Below are positions 18,553 to 28,506 of a stretch of DNA of 64,000 nucleotides, one piece after another. Position 1 is the first letter of the stretch, and the number at the start of each line of letters is the position of its first letter. The position numbers were made by a program, and so were the translations under genes. The DNA comes from Dehalococcoidia bacterium (GTDB lineage: Bacteria; Chloroflexota; Dehalococcoidia; Lucifugimonadales; UBA2962), in NCBI GenBank assembly GCA_965207145.1, contig OZ242262.1, positions 1,352,827 to 1,416,826 of the forward strand, in the 5' to 3' direction. The notes beneath the pieces are model-generated. The model worked only from the letters and a program-made list of their open reading frames with translations, ran no database searches and was not told the DNA's origin.

Positions 18553-19989
18553 TTGGGAGGGTTGCCAAGTTTGAAAAACCGGCCCACCTATCTGGGTCTC
18601 GTTGCCGGGATCTTCTTGGTAACCATTGCCCTGGCCTGCGGCCGGGCTCCCGAAGATTCCGGACAACGAACGGAGATCTCTCCGGAGGTGTCCGTTTTCC
18701 AGGAGAGTGACCAGGCGTCGGCCGAACGCCTGATTGGCTCCGCCGCCAGACTCCAGGAGCAGGGTGACGTCCAAAGATCGATCGAGGTTCTCGACCGCGC
18801 GCTGAAGCTGGATTCCACCAACGCGCAGGCCTACTACCACCGGGCAAACGCCAGATCCAGCATGGGCGATATCGAAGGGGCCATCTCCGACTACGGCGAG
18901 GCCATCCGGGTGGACCCTGAGATGGCCGACGCGTACCTGAGGAGGGGCGTCTCGCAATCCAGGCTGCGCCGCTTCGAGGAGGCTGTTGATGACCTTGACC
19001 AGTTCATGCGGAGGTCAGAGCCGGACGCCATCGCCCAGCGTGCCCGTGGCCTGGCTTACTACGGCCTTGGCGAATGGGAGAGGGCCATCGAGGATTTCGA
19101 TCGGGCCATCGAGCTGGATCCCGGTCTGGCGGTCGCCTACAACGACCGTGCCCTGGCCCTTGTCAACCTGGGCCGACACGCGGAGGCCATAGAGGACTTC
19201 GGCAGGGCGGTCGACTTGAGCCCGGACGTGGCGGTCTTTTACGACAACCGCGGCGGTGCATGGCAGGCGATGGGAAACTACGTCTGGGCGGTCGAGGACT
19301 ACGACAGGGCTCTGCGCGTCGATCCATTGTATGTCCCTTCCTATATAAACAGGGGCAACGCTTACCGGCGCCTTAACGAGTACGAGCTGGCGATAAAGGA
19401 CTACGATGAGGCCATCCGGCTGGCTCCCTGGTCCCCGGCGGCGTACTTTAACCGCGGTGTGGCCTATGGCTTGATGGGCGACCTGGATTCTGCGGTTCGC
19501 GATTACGGTCTGGCCATAGGCCGGGATCAGTTCTACGCCGAGGCCTACCACAACAGGGGCAGAGCGCTTGCCATCGAGGGAGACTTAGATTCGGCGATTG
19601 AGGACCTGGGCAGAGTAATAGAGCTTCAGCCGCACTGGGCCGAACCATACAACGACAGGGCCAGAGCCAGGCTGAACCTGGGGGATCCCGAGGGGGCCAT
19701 TGACGACCTCAGCACGGCCATCGACCTGGCTCCCCAGTTCACGGCCGCCTACCTCAACAGAGGCATGGCAGCCTACCGCATCGGCGACTTCGAACTGGCG
19801 ATCACCGACTACACTAAGGTGATAGACCTGAAACCGGACGCGCTGGAGGCCTACGAGAACCGGTCGAGAGCATACGTGATGCTGGGCCTTGACGCTGAGG
19901 CCGGCCAGGACGTGGCCGCGCTCGCCGAAATGGGTCTGGATGTAAGTGATCTGGAGGAGGAGCTTGCCGACCTGGGTTCGCGCAGGTAG
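18553..19989 (+). CDS. TPR-repeat lipoprotein
   Basis: Lipobox-like 'VTIALAC', then at least 11 consecutive 34-residue TPR units ('AYYHRANA..GD..GAISDYGEAIRVDP' and similar). TTG start as called; the start is uncertain. Confidence 0.85.
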   Translation: MGGLPSLKNRPTYLGLVAGIFLVTIALACGRAPEDSGQRTEISPEVSVFQESDQASAERLIGSAARLQEQGDVQRSIEVLDRALKLDSTNAQAYYHRANARSSMGDIEGAISDYGEAIRVDPEMADAYLRRGVSQSRLRRFEEAVDDLDQFMRRSEPDAIAQRARGLAYYGLGEWERAIEDFDRAIELDPGLAVAYNDRALALVNLGRHAEAIEDFGRAVDLSPDVAVFYDNRGGAWQAMGNYVWAVEDYDRALRVDPLYVPSYINRGNAYRRLNEYELAIKDYDEAIRLAPWSPAAYFNRGVAYGLMGDLDSAVRDYGLAIGRDQFYAEAYHNRGRALAIEGDLDSAIEDLGRVIELQPHWAEPYNDRARARLNLGDPEGAIDDLSTAIDLAPQFTAAYLNRGMAAYRIGDFELAITDYTKVIDLKPDALEAYENRSRAYVMLGLDAEAGQDVAALAEMGLDVSDLEEELADLGSRR

Positions 19990-20069
19990 CGGCGTGACGT
20001 AGTCCGGCCGCTGCGGGCAAGGGCAACTTCCGGCCATGTTTGACGAGCAATCTTCACTGGGGGATATCA

Positions 20070-21470
20070 ATGAGCGACGTAACAGATAGCCGTATCTCCG
20101 CGGCAGAGGAGTACATAGAGGGGCGTTTTGTCGACCTGGGCTCGCCCGGCCTGGCGGCCGGCATCCTGCACGAGGGGGAACTGGTCTGGGCCCGGGGCTT
20201 CGGAGTGGCCGATCTTGCAGCCGGCAATCGGCCGAACGAGAAGACCATCACGCGGGTCGCTTCGATAACCAAGACATTCACCGCCACCGCGATCATGCAG
20301 CTCAGGGACCGGGGGCTTCTGGGCCTTGACGACCCGTTGACCGCCCATTTGCCGGAGTTCTGCAGGGTGCTGGAGACCGGGGGACGGGTCGCGGATGTCA
20401 CCCTGCGGCGGATGTTGACCCACTACTCTGGCCTGTCCACTGAGACTGCTCTGTTGAGTTGGGGAGCGGAGGAGTTCCCGGGGCTCGCCGAGGTTCTCGG
20501 GGCGCTGCCCCAAACGGAGGTCGTGATCGCGGCCGATTCACAGTGGAAGTACTCGAACCTTGCATTCGGGTTGCTGGGCGAGGTGGTCAGCAGGCTCTCA
20601 GGTGTGGACTACGTATCCTACGTGCGCGAAAACGTGATCGAGCCTCTGGGGATGGAATCGACAGGTTTCGAGCGCGGGGACCTGCCTGCCGAGCATCTGT
20701 ACACCGGATATGACGCTGTTATACCTGGCGATCCGTCCAGGAGCGAGCTCAGGGTCGCAGAGTACCGCCACCTGAACGGCATAGTGGCGGCGGGCCAGCT
20801 CCACTCCTCGGTCAAGGACTTGGCCCGTTGGATTTCCTTCCAGTGCGGAGGGGACGGAGACGAGGCGCACGAGAACGTTGTGCTGGACGGAAGAACGCTG
20901 GCGGAGATGCACCGGCCCCAATACGCGGCATCGGACTGGTCGAGCGGTCAATGTCTGGGTTGGGCCGCAGAGCGGGTGGGCGAGCGCGTCTACCACGGTC
21001 ACGGGGGAGGCATACACGGTTTCGCCTCGCACATCTCCTTTAACATCCCGGCCCGCACGGGGGTTGTGATACTGGCAAACGTGTGGCCGAATGTCGCCGC
21101 CTACACCCTGGGCAAAGAGGTCATGGAGTTGCTGCTGACCGGCTCTACGCCGCCCGCGGCGCCGGTGGCCGAGACCGAGTTGCCGGCAGCAGAGCCTGCA
21201 CCCGGCCACCTTGCTCCCTACACCGGATACTTCGTCGCCTATCCGGGGATACCTGCCGCGGTAGAATTCCGAGGGGGTGAGCTGTGGATCACGGCGGCGG
21301 CGGGCGAGGGACTGGCCCTTCATGCGCCGTCGCCAATGCGGGAGACAGGGGAGCAGTCCGGCATCTTCATTCTCCGCGCCGGAAGGGGTGCGGGGGAGCG
21401 TGCCGTCTTCGATCCCAGCCGTCAGTCCTTCGCCCTTGGGGGTTGGCTCTACCGCCGCGTGTCGACATAG
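20070..21470 (+). CDS. Serine hydrolase, beta-lactamase/transpeptidase-like (class C/esterase type)
   Basis: 'ASITKTFTA' (SxxK), 'WKYSNLAFGLLG' (YxN) and 'HGHGGGIHGF'. An extra C-terminal region of about 100 aa is present. The ATG at 20070 is preferred over 20040. Confidence 0.8.
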   Translation: MSDVTDSRISAAEEYIEGRFVDLGSPGLAAGILHEGELVWARGFGVADLAAGNRPNEKTITRVASITKTFTATAIMQLRDRGLLGLDDPLTAHLPEFCRVLETGGRVADVTLRRMLTHYSGLSTETALLSWGAEEFPGLAEVLGALPQTEVVIAADSQWKYSNLAFGLLGEVVSRLSGVDYVSYVRENVIEPLGMESTGFERGDLPAEHLYTGYDAVIPGDPSRSELRVAEYRHLNGIVAAGQLHSSVKDLARWISFQCGGDGDEAHENVVLDGRTLAEMHRPQYAASDWSSGQCLGWAAERVGERVYHGHGGGIHGFASHISFNIPARTGVVILANVWPNVAAYTLGKEVMELLLTGSTPPAAPVAETELPAAEPAPGHLAPYTGYFVAYPGIPAAVEFRGGELWITAAAGEGLALHAPSPMRETGEQSGIFILRAGRGAGERAVFDPSRQSFALGGWLYRRVST

Positions 21471-21650
21471 CCTATGCCATGACACCGGGCGATTCTCGCA
21501 GCCCACACCTCAATGCGGCTTCGCGTCGAGCGTTGCCTCCGGGAGTGGCGGACTAGAACCTACCTCTCGGGGAATTAACCATCCACGACCGGCTGGCCCT
21601 CGGTTCTGGCCCCTCCGCCTCAATAGAGCGTCTATATCGGCCGGGCCGGA

Positions 21651-22655
21651 TCATTCCGGTTCACGGGACTTCGCCACCAAGAGCTCGCTGGCGCTCCACA
21701 ACCTGGACCCGTTTTCCGGGTCCGATGCGACTGGCGAGACCTGCTTGCGATGCATCAGGTGCAGGTACATCCCGGTAGAGATGCCCGCTTCCTCCGCGCA
21801 GCACAGGTATATGACCGGTCCGATCGCCTCCTCCGGAGACTGGAAGAATCGCCGCAGTACCGCGTTGACGATCGGTCTCAACAGCATGGGCGCGTCCCTG
21901 GCAATGTTCGTGGCGACGCCCCCCGGGCACATCGCGTGCACAGCGACATCGACCCTCTCGGTCGGGTTCAGGCGGCGCGATAGCTCGGTCGCGAACGTGC
22001 AGAGGGCAAGCTTGCTGATGGCGTAGTGCCGCATGCTCTCGGTAATCCCGAACTCGGTGTAAGCACCTAGTCGATCGAAATCAATGGCCTGAGCGGACCG
22101 GTGCGACTCCGAGGCGATGATCACGATCCGCGGCGTCTCGCCGGCCTTTCTGGAAGGACGAATGACGCCATCTTTCAGCAACCGGTCGATCATCACCCTC
22201 TTTGCAAGGAAATGAACCGCGAACATGACCTCGTACCCCTGCGGGGTCTTTCTCGACCTTCGCGACATCAGGCCGGCGTTAAGGAGCGCTATGTCGATCC
22301 GGATTTTGCGCCTGGAGAGCTCGTCGCAGAAGCGGTGCACGGAGCGAAGGTCCGCCAGGTCCACCTCGATCAGCTCCACGGACCCGGATCCGGAAAGCCG
22401 CATGATCTCGCCACTGGTCTCTGCATGACCGGGCCGGCATGCCAGGATCATGTTCCCGCCGCGCCTTGCCAGATCGATTGCAGCAGCCCTGCCCAGTCCG
22501 CTGTTGGCCCCTGTGACAAGGCAGGTCTTGCCGTCGATCCGCACGTCGTCCGGGAGGGGACTGATGTCGGGGGTCTTGCGACTCCGCAGATCCTGGATTG
22601 CGGCGATGGTGGCGCCTACTACGCCTTCTCCAATCTTCCCGGACTCTCGTGCCAT
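21651..22655 (-). CDS. SDR-family oxidoreductase
   Basis: 'CLVTGANSGLGRAAA' (TGxxxGxG), 'LLNAGL' (NAG) and 'YAISKLAL' (YxxxK). Confidence 0.85.
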   Translation of the reverse strand: MARESGKIGEGVVGATIAAIQDLRSRKTPDISPLPDDVRIDGKTCLVTGANSGLGRAAAIDLARRGGNMILACRPGHAETSGEIMRLSGSGSVELIEVDLADLRSVHRFCDELSRRKIRIDIALLNAGLMSRRSRKTPQGYEVMFAVHFLAKRVMIDRLLKDGVIRPSRKAGETPRIVIIASESHRSAQAIDFDRLGAYTEFGITESMRHYAISKLALCTFATELSRRLNPTERVDVAVHAMCPGGVATNIARDAPMLLRPIVNAVLRRFFQSPEEAIGPVIYLCCAEEAGISTGMYLHLMHRKQVSPVASDPENGSRLWSASELLVAKSREPE

Positions 22656-22711
22656 GGCTATGGGTGCTCCCCGGATGACCTCCGGTTGTTGCTCAGCGGC
22701 TGGCTGCCGGC

Positions 22712-23953
22712 CTATTCGAACGGGATCGCATGCTTCCTCCGGTAGGGCGCAAAGGCCTCGTCGACGACCTGCTCGCTCAACCCGAAATCACTCATCCGGT
22801 AGACGTGCCTGCCGAATCGGTTCTGCGGATTCGCCTCCAGGCATCGAGCGGCTTCGCGCTCGGCCCCGTGATCGAAACCGATCCTGGCCTGCCGGCAGAT
22901 CCGCCGGAGCTCGGCGATGGGATCTGCCACCAGATCGTAGTACGACACGTCAATGAACCGGTGGGCCCCCGCTTCCTCCCGGGCCTGCATGGCCCGCCGA
23001 ACCATCCTGGCGTTCTTCCTCTGCCAGTGCCTCCCGATCTCATTCGGATCGACGAGATCGCTGAAGATGCCGCGGCCGTGGGCCACCATGCTGCAGAACG
23101 AGGCGAGAGCTGTTCGCGGGTCTCGGTGCGTCTGCACAATGGTCGCGCCGGGGAAAACCCTGAGGAATACATCAAGGTATTCCATGTGCTGTGGGGTCTT
23201 GAGCACCCAGGCGCTGCCCGGTCGCTGCCAGCAGAGCACCTTCAGGACTAGCCGCAGGTATTCATAGGACCGCGTGTGATCCTGTTCCTCCAGCCAGCGG
23301 GAATAGCTCGGCACGTGCATCATCGCCTCGGCGGACTGGCTCATGAAGGTCAGGTCAAGCAGAAGGACGTCTTCCTCCGGCTCCTTGTAGTCGATCGGAT
23401 GGATCGCCATGAACTGCGGGGCCAGGTAGGAAATGGCCGTCTTTGCAATAGCTGCACGCCTCCTGCGGGCTGCGTGCTTGCGGCCTTTTGGATCGGCAGC
23501 CGGCACCGGGTCCAGTGCTTCGGCGCCCGACACGCCCCTGATCGCAGGATGGGAATTCAGCAGTCGCTGCAGCAGGGTGGTGCCGGTGCGCTGCAGTCCA
23601 GTGACCATGACGATCGTCCCGAGGTCGATGTCATGGATCTCGGGATGTCTCTTGAGCAGATCCTCGATTCGCAACCGGTGAATCAGCGCTCCGGCTAGGC
23701 GCGACCGCTGTATCAACTGCCCGGTCGTGGTCAGTCCCGCCTCCTCGTTGATCGAGTCGACGAGCACCTTAAGGGCACGGAGGCAGCCGTCGTCGCCAAA
23801 ATCGGTGAGTCCGGTCTTGCGCTGTGCGTACCCTGTGAGCGCATCGACCTCCAGCTTGCGGGTAAGGCCGAAGCGTCGGCCCGCCCTGCCGATCCGGTTG
23901 AAGATCCTGACGGGTATGGGTCGATGGGGGTTGCCATAGTCCGTGGAGGTCAC
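22712..23953 (-). CDS. Sulfotransferase-family protein
   Basis: 'IVMVTGLQRTGTTLLQRLLNSHP' resembles the PAPS 5'-phosphosulfate-binding loop. 'IVQTHRDPRTALASF' resembles the 3'-phosphate-binding region. Confidence 0.75.
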   Translation of the reverse strand: MTSTDYGNPHRPIPVRIFNRIGRAGRRFGLTRKLEVDALTGYAQRKTGLTDFGDDGCLRALKVLVDSINEEAGLTTTGQLIQRSRLAGALIHRLRIEDLLKRHPEIHDIDLGTIVMVTGLQRTGTTLLQRLLNSHPAIRGVSGAEALDPVPAADPKGRKHAARRRRAAIAKTAISYLAPQFMAIHPIDYKEPEEDVLLLDLTFMSQSAEAMMHVPSYSRWLEEQDHTRSYEYLRLVLKVLCWQRPGSAWVLKTPQHMEYLDVFLRVFPGATIVQTHRDPRTALASFCSMVAHGRGIFSDLVDPNEIGRHWQRKNARMVRRAMQAREEAGAHRFIDVSYYDLVADPIAELRRICRQARIGFDHGAEREAARCLEANPQNRFGRHVYRMSDFGLSEQVVDEAFAPYRRKHAIPFE

Positions 23954-23985
23954 ATTCCCATCCCGGTCGCGCAGGTCACGTGTCC

Positions 23986-25203
23986 CTAGGCCAGTTCCGG
24001 CAGGTCGCTCAACTTGACAACTCGGGTCCGGGGCTGAGGGTGCTCATCGGCCCGTACCCAGCGGAAACACATCGTGCCCGACGTGTGGCCTGCGGTCTCG
24101 ATCCAGTTGGGTCGGCCGGGATCCTCGTGCGCCACGACCAGGAGCACAGAACCGTCTTGCTCGTAGTGGGCTAAATGCTTGTTGGTGTGGATCGTGAAGT
24201 GGCGGTAGTCCAGCGATTCCATCCAGTAGTTGTTTAGCTGGAAATTCCAGTACTCGCACCCCGGAGGGGTGACCTCTATCAACAGGGCTTCGTCCTCGGC
24301 GAGAGCCCAATGGCTGTGATAGTAGGCGATGTTCGGATCGCCTCCGGCGGCCAGGGAAACCTGCGGATCGAACAGTGGTAGTTCGTTGCTATGCTTCTTG
24401 AAATCGCGCGCCCACTTCGCGAACAGAAGTGGCGCGCCCGCCACCAGCGCCCCAGCCTTGCCGAGCCCCTCGTCCAGCGCCCTTGCCGTCAGTTGGGAGG
24501 CGCGCCGCTCGTCCTCGGGGCAGTTTATGCGCTCTATAGTCAGTTCCGCCGGTGTCTCGGCGTCCCGGTCGAGGAAGGTCTGACGAACCACCAGGGTCCC
24601 GGTTTCCGGCCTCATGGGCAGCCAGTTCCGATCCCGGGGATTGCAGCTCAGCACGAGTTCAAAGCAACCATTCTCGTCCATTTCTATCTGTTCGGATTCG
24701 ATGTGCCCGGTTGGGGGAAGACCACCCCCCTGCCCGTAGTTGCCGGCCTGGGTGCCGAAGCTCAGGTAGGCGATGTTGTTGCGCCGTCCGGTGATCCTGT
24801 ATTCGTAATTCCCATCAAGCGCGGCCGTCTGATAGAAATTATCGGGGTTGTCGGCGCCCAGCTTGGTGATCTCGTCGACAACGCGATGGAGCACGGGCGC
24901 CTTGGGGTCGGCGTGCTCGACGAACGCGGTCAGGCCGGCGCGGGCTAGACGGCTCAAGTACCGATAACCCTCCGCCTGGCTTAGCGGATCCCGCGGAGCG
25001 CCGGGGAAGCTCAGCGCGGCCCCCGCCGCCTTGAGTGAATCGCAGAAGTCGTTCCAGGACTGGCCGCCGACAACGCGCTCGGCGGCCACATCTTCCTGCG
25101 TCTTGCCACGAAGTCTCCAGATGAGAAGGGAGATGCTTCGAAATGCGGCTAGGAGACGGATGGCGAACTTTGGCATGGAGTACCTCTTCGGGACGACGCT
25201 CAC
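23986..25203 (-). CDS. DUF1214-like domain protein (function unknown)
   Basis: 405 aa. The N-terminus 'AEGYRYLSRLARAGL' and the C-terminal 'YWNFQLNNYW...GRPNWIETAGHTSGTMCFRW' pattern recall DUF1214 proteins. The assignment is from memory of the family only. Confidence 0.5.
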   Translation of the reverse strand: MSVVPKRYSMPKFAIRLLAAFRSISLLIWRLRGKTQEDVAAERVVGGQSWNDFCDSLKAAGAALSFPGAPRDPLSQAEGYRYLSRLARAGLTAFVEHADPKAPVLHRVVDEITKLGADNPDNFYQTAALDGNYEYRITGRRNNIAYLSFGTQAGNYGQGGGLPPTGHIESEQIEMDENGCFELVLSCNPRDRNWLPMRPETGTLVVRQTFLDRDAETPAELTIERINCPEDERRASQLTARALDEGLGKAGALVAGAPLLFAKWARDFKKHSNELPLFDPQVSLAAGGDPNIAYYHSHWALAEDEALLIEVTPPGCEYWNFQLNNYWMESLDYRHFTIHTNKHLAHYEQDGSVLLVVAHEDPGRPNWIETAGHTSGTMCFRWVRADEHPQPRTRVVKLSDLPELA

Positions 25204-25250
25204 CCAGGAGGGCCCCGATGCGCGGCCCAGGGTCTACGAAAGAGAATCCA

Positions 25251-26108
25251 TCACGCGCCCCAGGCCTCATAGACCTGCGCCGAGACTCTGCCGATGGCGC
25301 GGCTGCCCTCGTGGGAACATATGATCCGGCTGGGATCATCGCTGTCGGCCGTCATGACTGTGATCGCGTAGCTTGCATTCGGGGTGGTTATCAGTCCTGC
25401 ATCGCAGCGGGCGTGCAGCCCGGCCCCCAGCTTGTTGTAAAGCCTGACCTCGGCGGGGCTGCCCAGCTCTGCGGCGTACGGGTTCAGGGGGAGGTATCGC
25501 CCGAGCCACTCGACATGCTGGCAACGCCCCATCATATCGAGCATCTGGGCGGAGGCGGATTCGGAAACCAGCTTGCCGGTCGCCATCAGGGAGACCAGCT
25601 TGGTGAAGTCCCTGGCCGAACACTCAGAATAGGCCTCTACCCCCTTTCCACCCTGCTCGAAGTCCTTGAACATGGTGGGACCAAGGTCGGAATTAAGGGA
25701 GTATTCCTTAAGGCCCAACGACCGCATCCGCTCGTTGATGCTCGCAATGCCGAGCATGTCGCCCAGCAGCCACGTGCACGTGTTGTCGCTTACAACGATC
25801 ATCATCATGCAAAGGTCCTTGACCGTAACCTCGACCGGGGTGACGAATTCTCGGAACACCCCGGTCCCTCCGCGCAGGTCAGACGCCTCAATGACGACCT
25901 TGTCACACAGGCTCAGCTGCCCTTCCTCCACCCGGTAGAACAGCTCGGCCATGATGCCAAGCTTGATCGTGCTCAGGGCCGGAAACACCTCCTCCTCCCT
26001 GAAGCCAAGTCGCTCTCCTGTGGTCAGATTCTGAGCAGACACGCTCAGCCTGCCGGAGAAATCCCCGGCGACATCCTCGATATTGGAAACCAGCGTCGTA
26101 TCAGCCAT
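25251..26108 (-). CDS. Class A beta-lactamase-related serine hydrolase
   Basis: 'PALSTIKLGIM' (SxxK) and 'VVSDNTCT' (SDN). 'NKLGAG' occupies the position of KTG. Confidence 0.7.
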   Translation of the reverse strand: MADTTLVSNIEDVAGDFSGRLSVSAQNLTTGERLGFREEEVFPALSTIKLGIMAELFYRVEEGQLSLCDKVVIEASDLRGGTGVFREFVTPVEVTVKDLCMMMIVVSDNTCTWLLGDMLGIASINERMRSLGLKEYSLNSDLGPTMFKDFEQGGKGVEAYSECSARDFTKLVSLMATGKLVSESASAQMLDMMGRCQHVEWLGRYLPLNPYAAELGSPAEVRLYNKLGAGLHARCDAGLITTPNASYAITVMTADSDDPSRIICSHEGSRAIGRVSAQVYEAWGA

Positions 26109-26744
26109 CTGGGCATCCTCCCGTGAATCTGTGCTCGTCAGCGTCGCCGATAGGCTATCTGGTGCGGGCCGAGAACCGTCTCTCGCCGTCTATGCACACT
26201 GGGCCGCTGATCCAACCCTCGGTCAACAAGTGCTCCAAACGACACGGGCCGGGACGCTCAGGAGCCCCGTGAGCACATTACGTGCGAGGTACCCCGGGCC
26301 TGTCCAGGTGGATGGTAGCTTTAAGATGTGCGGGCTCATTTTAGCCGTGGACGGACGAAGGCAGCGCGATCGACCGGGAAAGGGCATTTGAAATGCGCCT
26401 CAGCCATGCAGAGCGGGGCATTTTCGAGTGGCCCCGTCTCTTGCTCCAGGGGATATGTTGACGCAGGGACGGGCCGGATTCTCGTTGGATAAGGACAGGG
26501 AAGAACGCAGGGAATGGTGAGCTGACCGGAGACCACCCTTGCTGGCCCGCAGGATCGGAATTCGGGTCAGGTCCAGGGCCATCTAACGGAGATGCACTGA
26601 TATCGTTTCCAAGAGTAGGGTGGAGTGGACGCTGTGGCGGTGGTGGTGAACTGCCGGAAGGCTGGAGCCGGGGCGATACTGTAGTGTCCGTGATCTCTCC
26701 TCCCTTGACCTGGCCCGGCCGATTCTGATGGTGGAGCATGCCGG

Positions 26745-27047
26745 ATGAGCACGACCAACCCACTGGATGATAAGTACGAAGAGGCGGAAAGAGGCCTGGA
26801 CTGGCTGGAGAAGCTAGAGGCCCTGCAGACCCGCTCAGCGTCCGATCAGGCCGCTCTTCAGGTCGCCAGTTACGTGATGAGATTGCGGACAGCAGTGACC
26901 GAGTTGGCCGAAGGTCGCACCACCGCCGAGTTAAGCGAGGCCGTGGGAGCGGACACGGTGCAGCTGGTTGAGGAGCTGCGGCGAGATGGCGACGTCGACT
27001 ACTGGAACACGAGGATCCGACCCGCTCTTCTGAAGGCGGGCCGTTGA
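26745..27047 (+). CDS. Hypothetical small helical protein
   Basis: 100-aa ORF with non-Arg-biased, helix-prone composition and no overlap with a better gene. No family recognised. Confidence 0.4.
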   Translation: MSTTNPLDDKYEEAERGLDWLEKLEALQTRSASDQAALQVASYVMRLRTAVTELAEGRTTAELSEAVGADTVQLVEELRRDGDVDYWNTRIRPALLKAGR

Positions 27048-27216
27048 CGATGGCGCAGGTTGATCATGCCGGACTCGAACCGGGAGTATGCCCTTTACCG
27101 CACCGTCGCACATGCCCCTGAGCTCGCCCCGGAGCCAGTGTCCAAGGCAGTGGCGGAACGCTCGATGAGAATCAGTCCTTGTTGTCGCCAAGTGACCTGA
27201 TCGGCCTTGACTGCCA

Positions 27217-28506
27217 CTAATTCTCGACGAACACGGCCTCTAGTTCTTCTATGCGCTCGTCAGCCGTGAACCTCCATGTGCCCACGTGGCCCCTTACGAG
27301 GTCACCGTTTGCGTCCCAATCCAGGGCATTTGCGGCTCCGTCGAAGTTGATCTGCCTGCCCTTGGCAAGCTGGCCAAGGCCTTCGGAGACACCTCCTTTA
27401 GTGCTCAGGACGGTCCGACCGGGCGCTGTTGCGATCTCCCGCAGATGATCGCGGATCGCCGCTCCTTCCACAGTGCCGGCAGCCTGGGCGGCAAGGGCGA
27501 GGGCTACGGTCGCATCGTAAGTTTCCTTGACATAGGCGAGAACGGGCAGTTCACCGTACTCGGCGATGAAGGCCGCCTCCCACCCGGCTGTGGCGTCATT
27601 GTCCGGCGCGGACGCTCCCGCAGTACCGTACATCCCGCCCAGCCTTTCGCCGCCTAGCTGCCTGACGAGACTTAACCTCTTGGCCGCATCGCCGAATACG
27701 AACTGGTCGTAAAGGCCCTCCTCGATTGCCTGGCTCACCATGGCCAGGGCGAGTGACTCGAAGGCTATGACGATCAGGGCCTGCGCCCCCAGTTCGGCGC
27801 TCTGCTCCAGTTCCGGAAAGTAGCCTGTTTGTCCCGCGGCAACGGACACGGACCTAAGGGTTCCGGTCCAGGATTTCTCAAAGGCGTCGGCCAATCCCTG
27901 GCCGTAGGCGTCATCCTGGTAGATCAAGCCTACGTTGGTGAAACCGCGGTCCCGGGCCAGGTCGGCTAGCACTGGTCCCTGGAGTGCATCTGAGAGCGCC
28001 GTGCGGAAGAAGTAACCCTCGTCTTCGGCATCGGTCAGGTACGGAGAGGTGGCCGAAGGACTGATAGTGGGTATGCGAAGCGAGGCCGAGACTTCCTGGG
28101 AGACCGGCAGTGCCGCCGAGCTGGCGTTAGGTCCAACTATCGCATGTACCCCTTCCACCTCCACGAGATGCCTTGCCACCTGCACCGCGGTGGAGGGATC
28201 GCGGGTGGCATCTGCGGCGACACTCTCGACGTGCATTCCGAGCACTCCGCCGCCGTCGTTGATGTGTCGTATCGCAAGGTCAAAGGCCCGCTTTCTGTCG
28301 GAAGAAGCCTCGGGAGATCCGGTAAAGTCCAGCAGCAGGCCGATCTTGAGAGGGGTGCCGGACGGCTGAGAGTCCGAGGTGCCATCGCAGCCCGAGCCGG
28401 CCAGGATCAGGGCGGTCATCACCGTCAGCAAGATCGTGCACAGCCTTGCCGCCGAACCGTAGAGTCGGCTCCTTCGGTTCGCAGAAGATGGAGACGCGGG
28501 TGTCAA
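27217..28506 (-). CDS. ABC transporter substrate-binding lipoprotein, type I (LivJ/branched-chain amino acid-like)
   Basis: Lipobox 'LAGSGC'. 'PLKIGLLLDFTGS...AFDLAIRHINDGGGVLG..VESVAADATRDP..AVQVARHLVEVEGVHAIVGP' is the canonical Peripla_BP_6 N-terminus. Its start overlaps the upstream stop by 4 nt. Confidence 0.85.
   Translation of the reverse strand: MTPASPSSANRRSRLYGSAARLCTILLTVMTALILAGSGCDGTSDSQPSGTPLKIGLLLDFTGSPEASSDRKRAFDLAIRHINDGGGVLGMHVESVAADATRDPSTAVQVARHLVEVEGVHAIVGPNASSAALPVSQEVSASLRIPTISPSATSPYLTDAEDEGYFFRTALSDALQGPVLADLARDRGFTNVGLIYQDDAYGQGLADAFEKSWTGTLRSVSVAAGQTGYFPELEQSAELGAQALIVIAFESLALAMVSQAIEEGLYDQFVFGDAAKRLSLVRQLGGERLGGMYGTAGASAPDNDATAGWEAAFIAEYGELPVLAYVKETYDATVALALAAQAAGTVEGAAIRDHLREIATAPGRTVLSTKGGVSEGLGQLAKGRQINFDGAANALDWDANGDLVRGHVGTWRFTADERIEELEAVFVEN

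Noticed and set aside
26470-26560. Cobalamin-riboswitch-like words ('agggaa...ggtgag...gaccggagacc...ggcccgc')
   Set aside because: Only scattered resemblance to the conserved core and B12 box was seen, with wrong spacing. The downstream gene is a small hypothetical protein rather than a B12-related gene. An Infernal scan would be needed, so this is not claimed.
27051-27135. tRNA-like T-arm on the minus strand ('cccggttcgagtccgg') ending near a 'cca'
   Set aside because: When the minus strand is written out, six extra nucleotides separate the T-stem from any acceptor strand. No complementary 5' acceptor, D-arm or anticodon arm can be drawn. It is at best a tRNA 3' fragment, and I cannot support even that.
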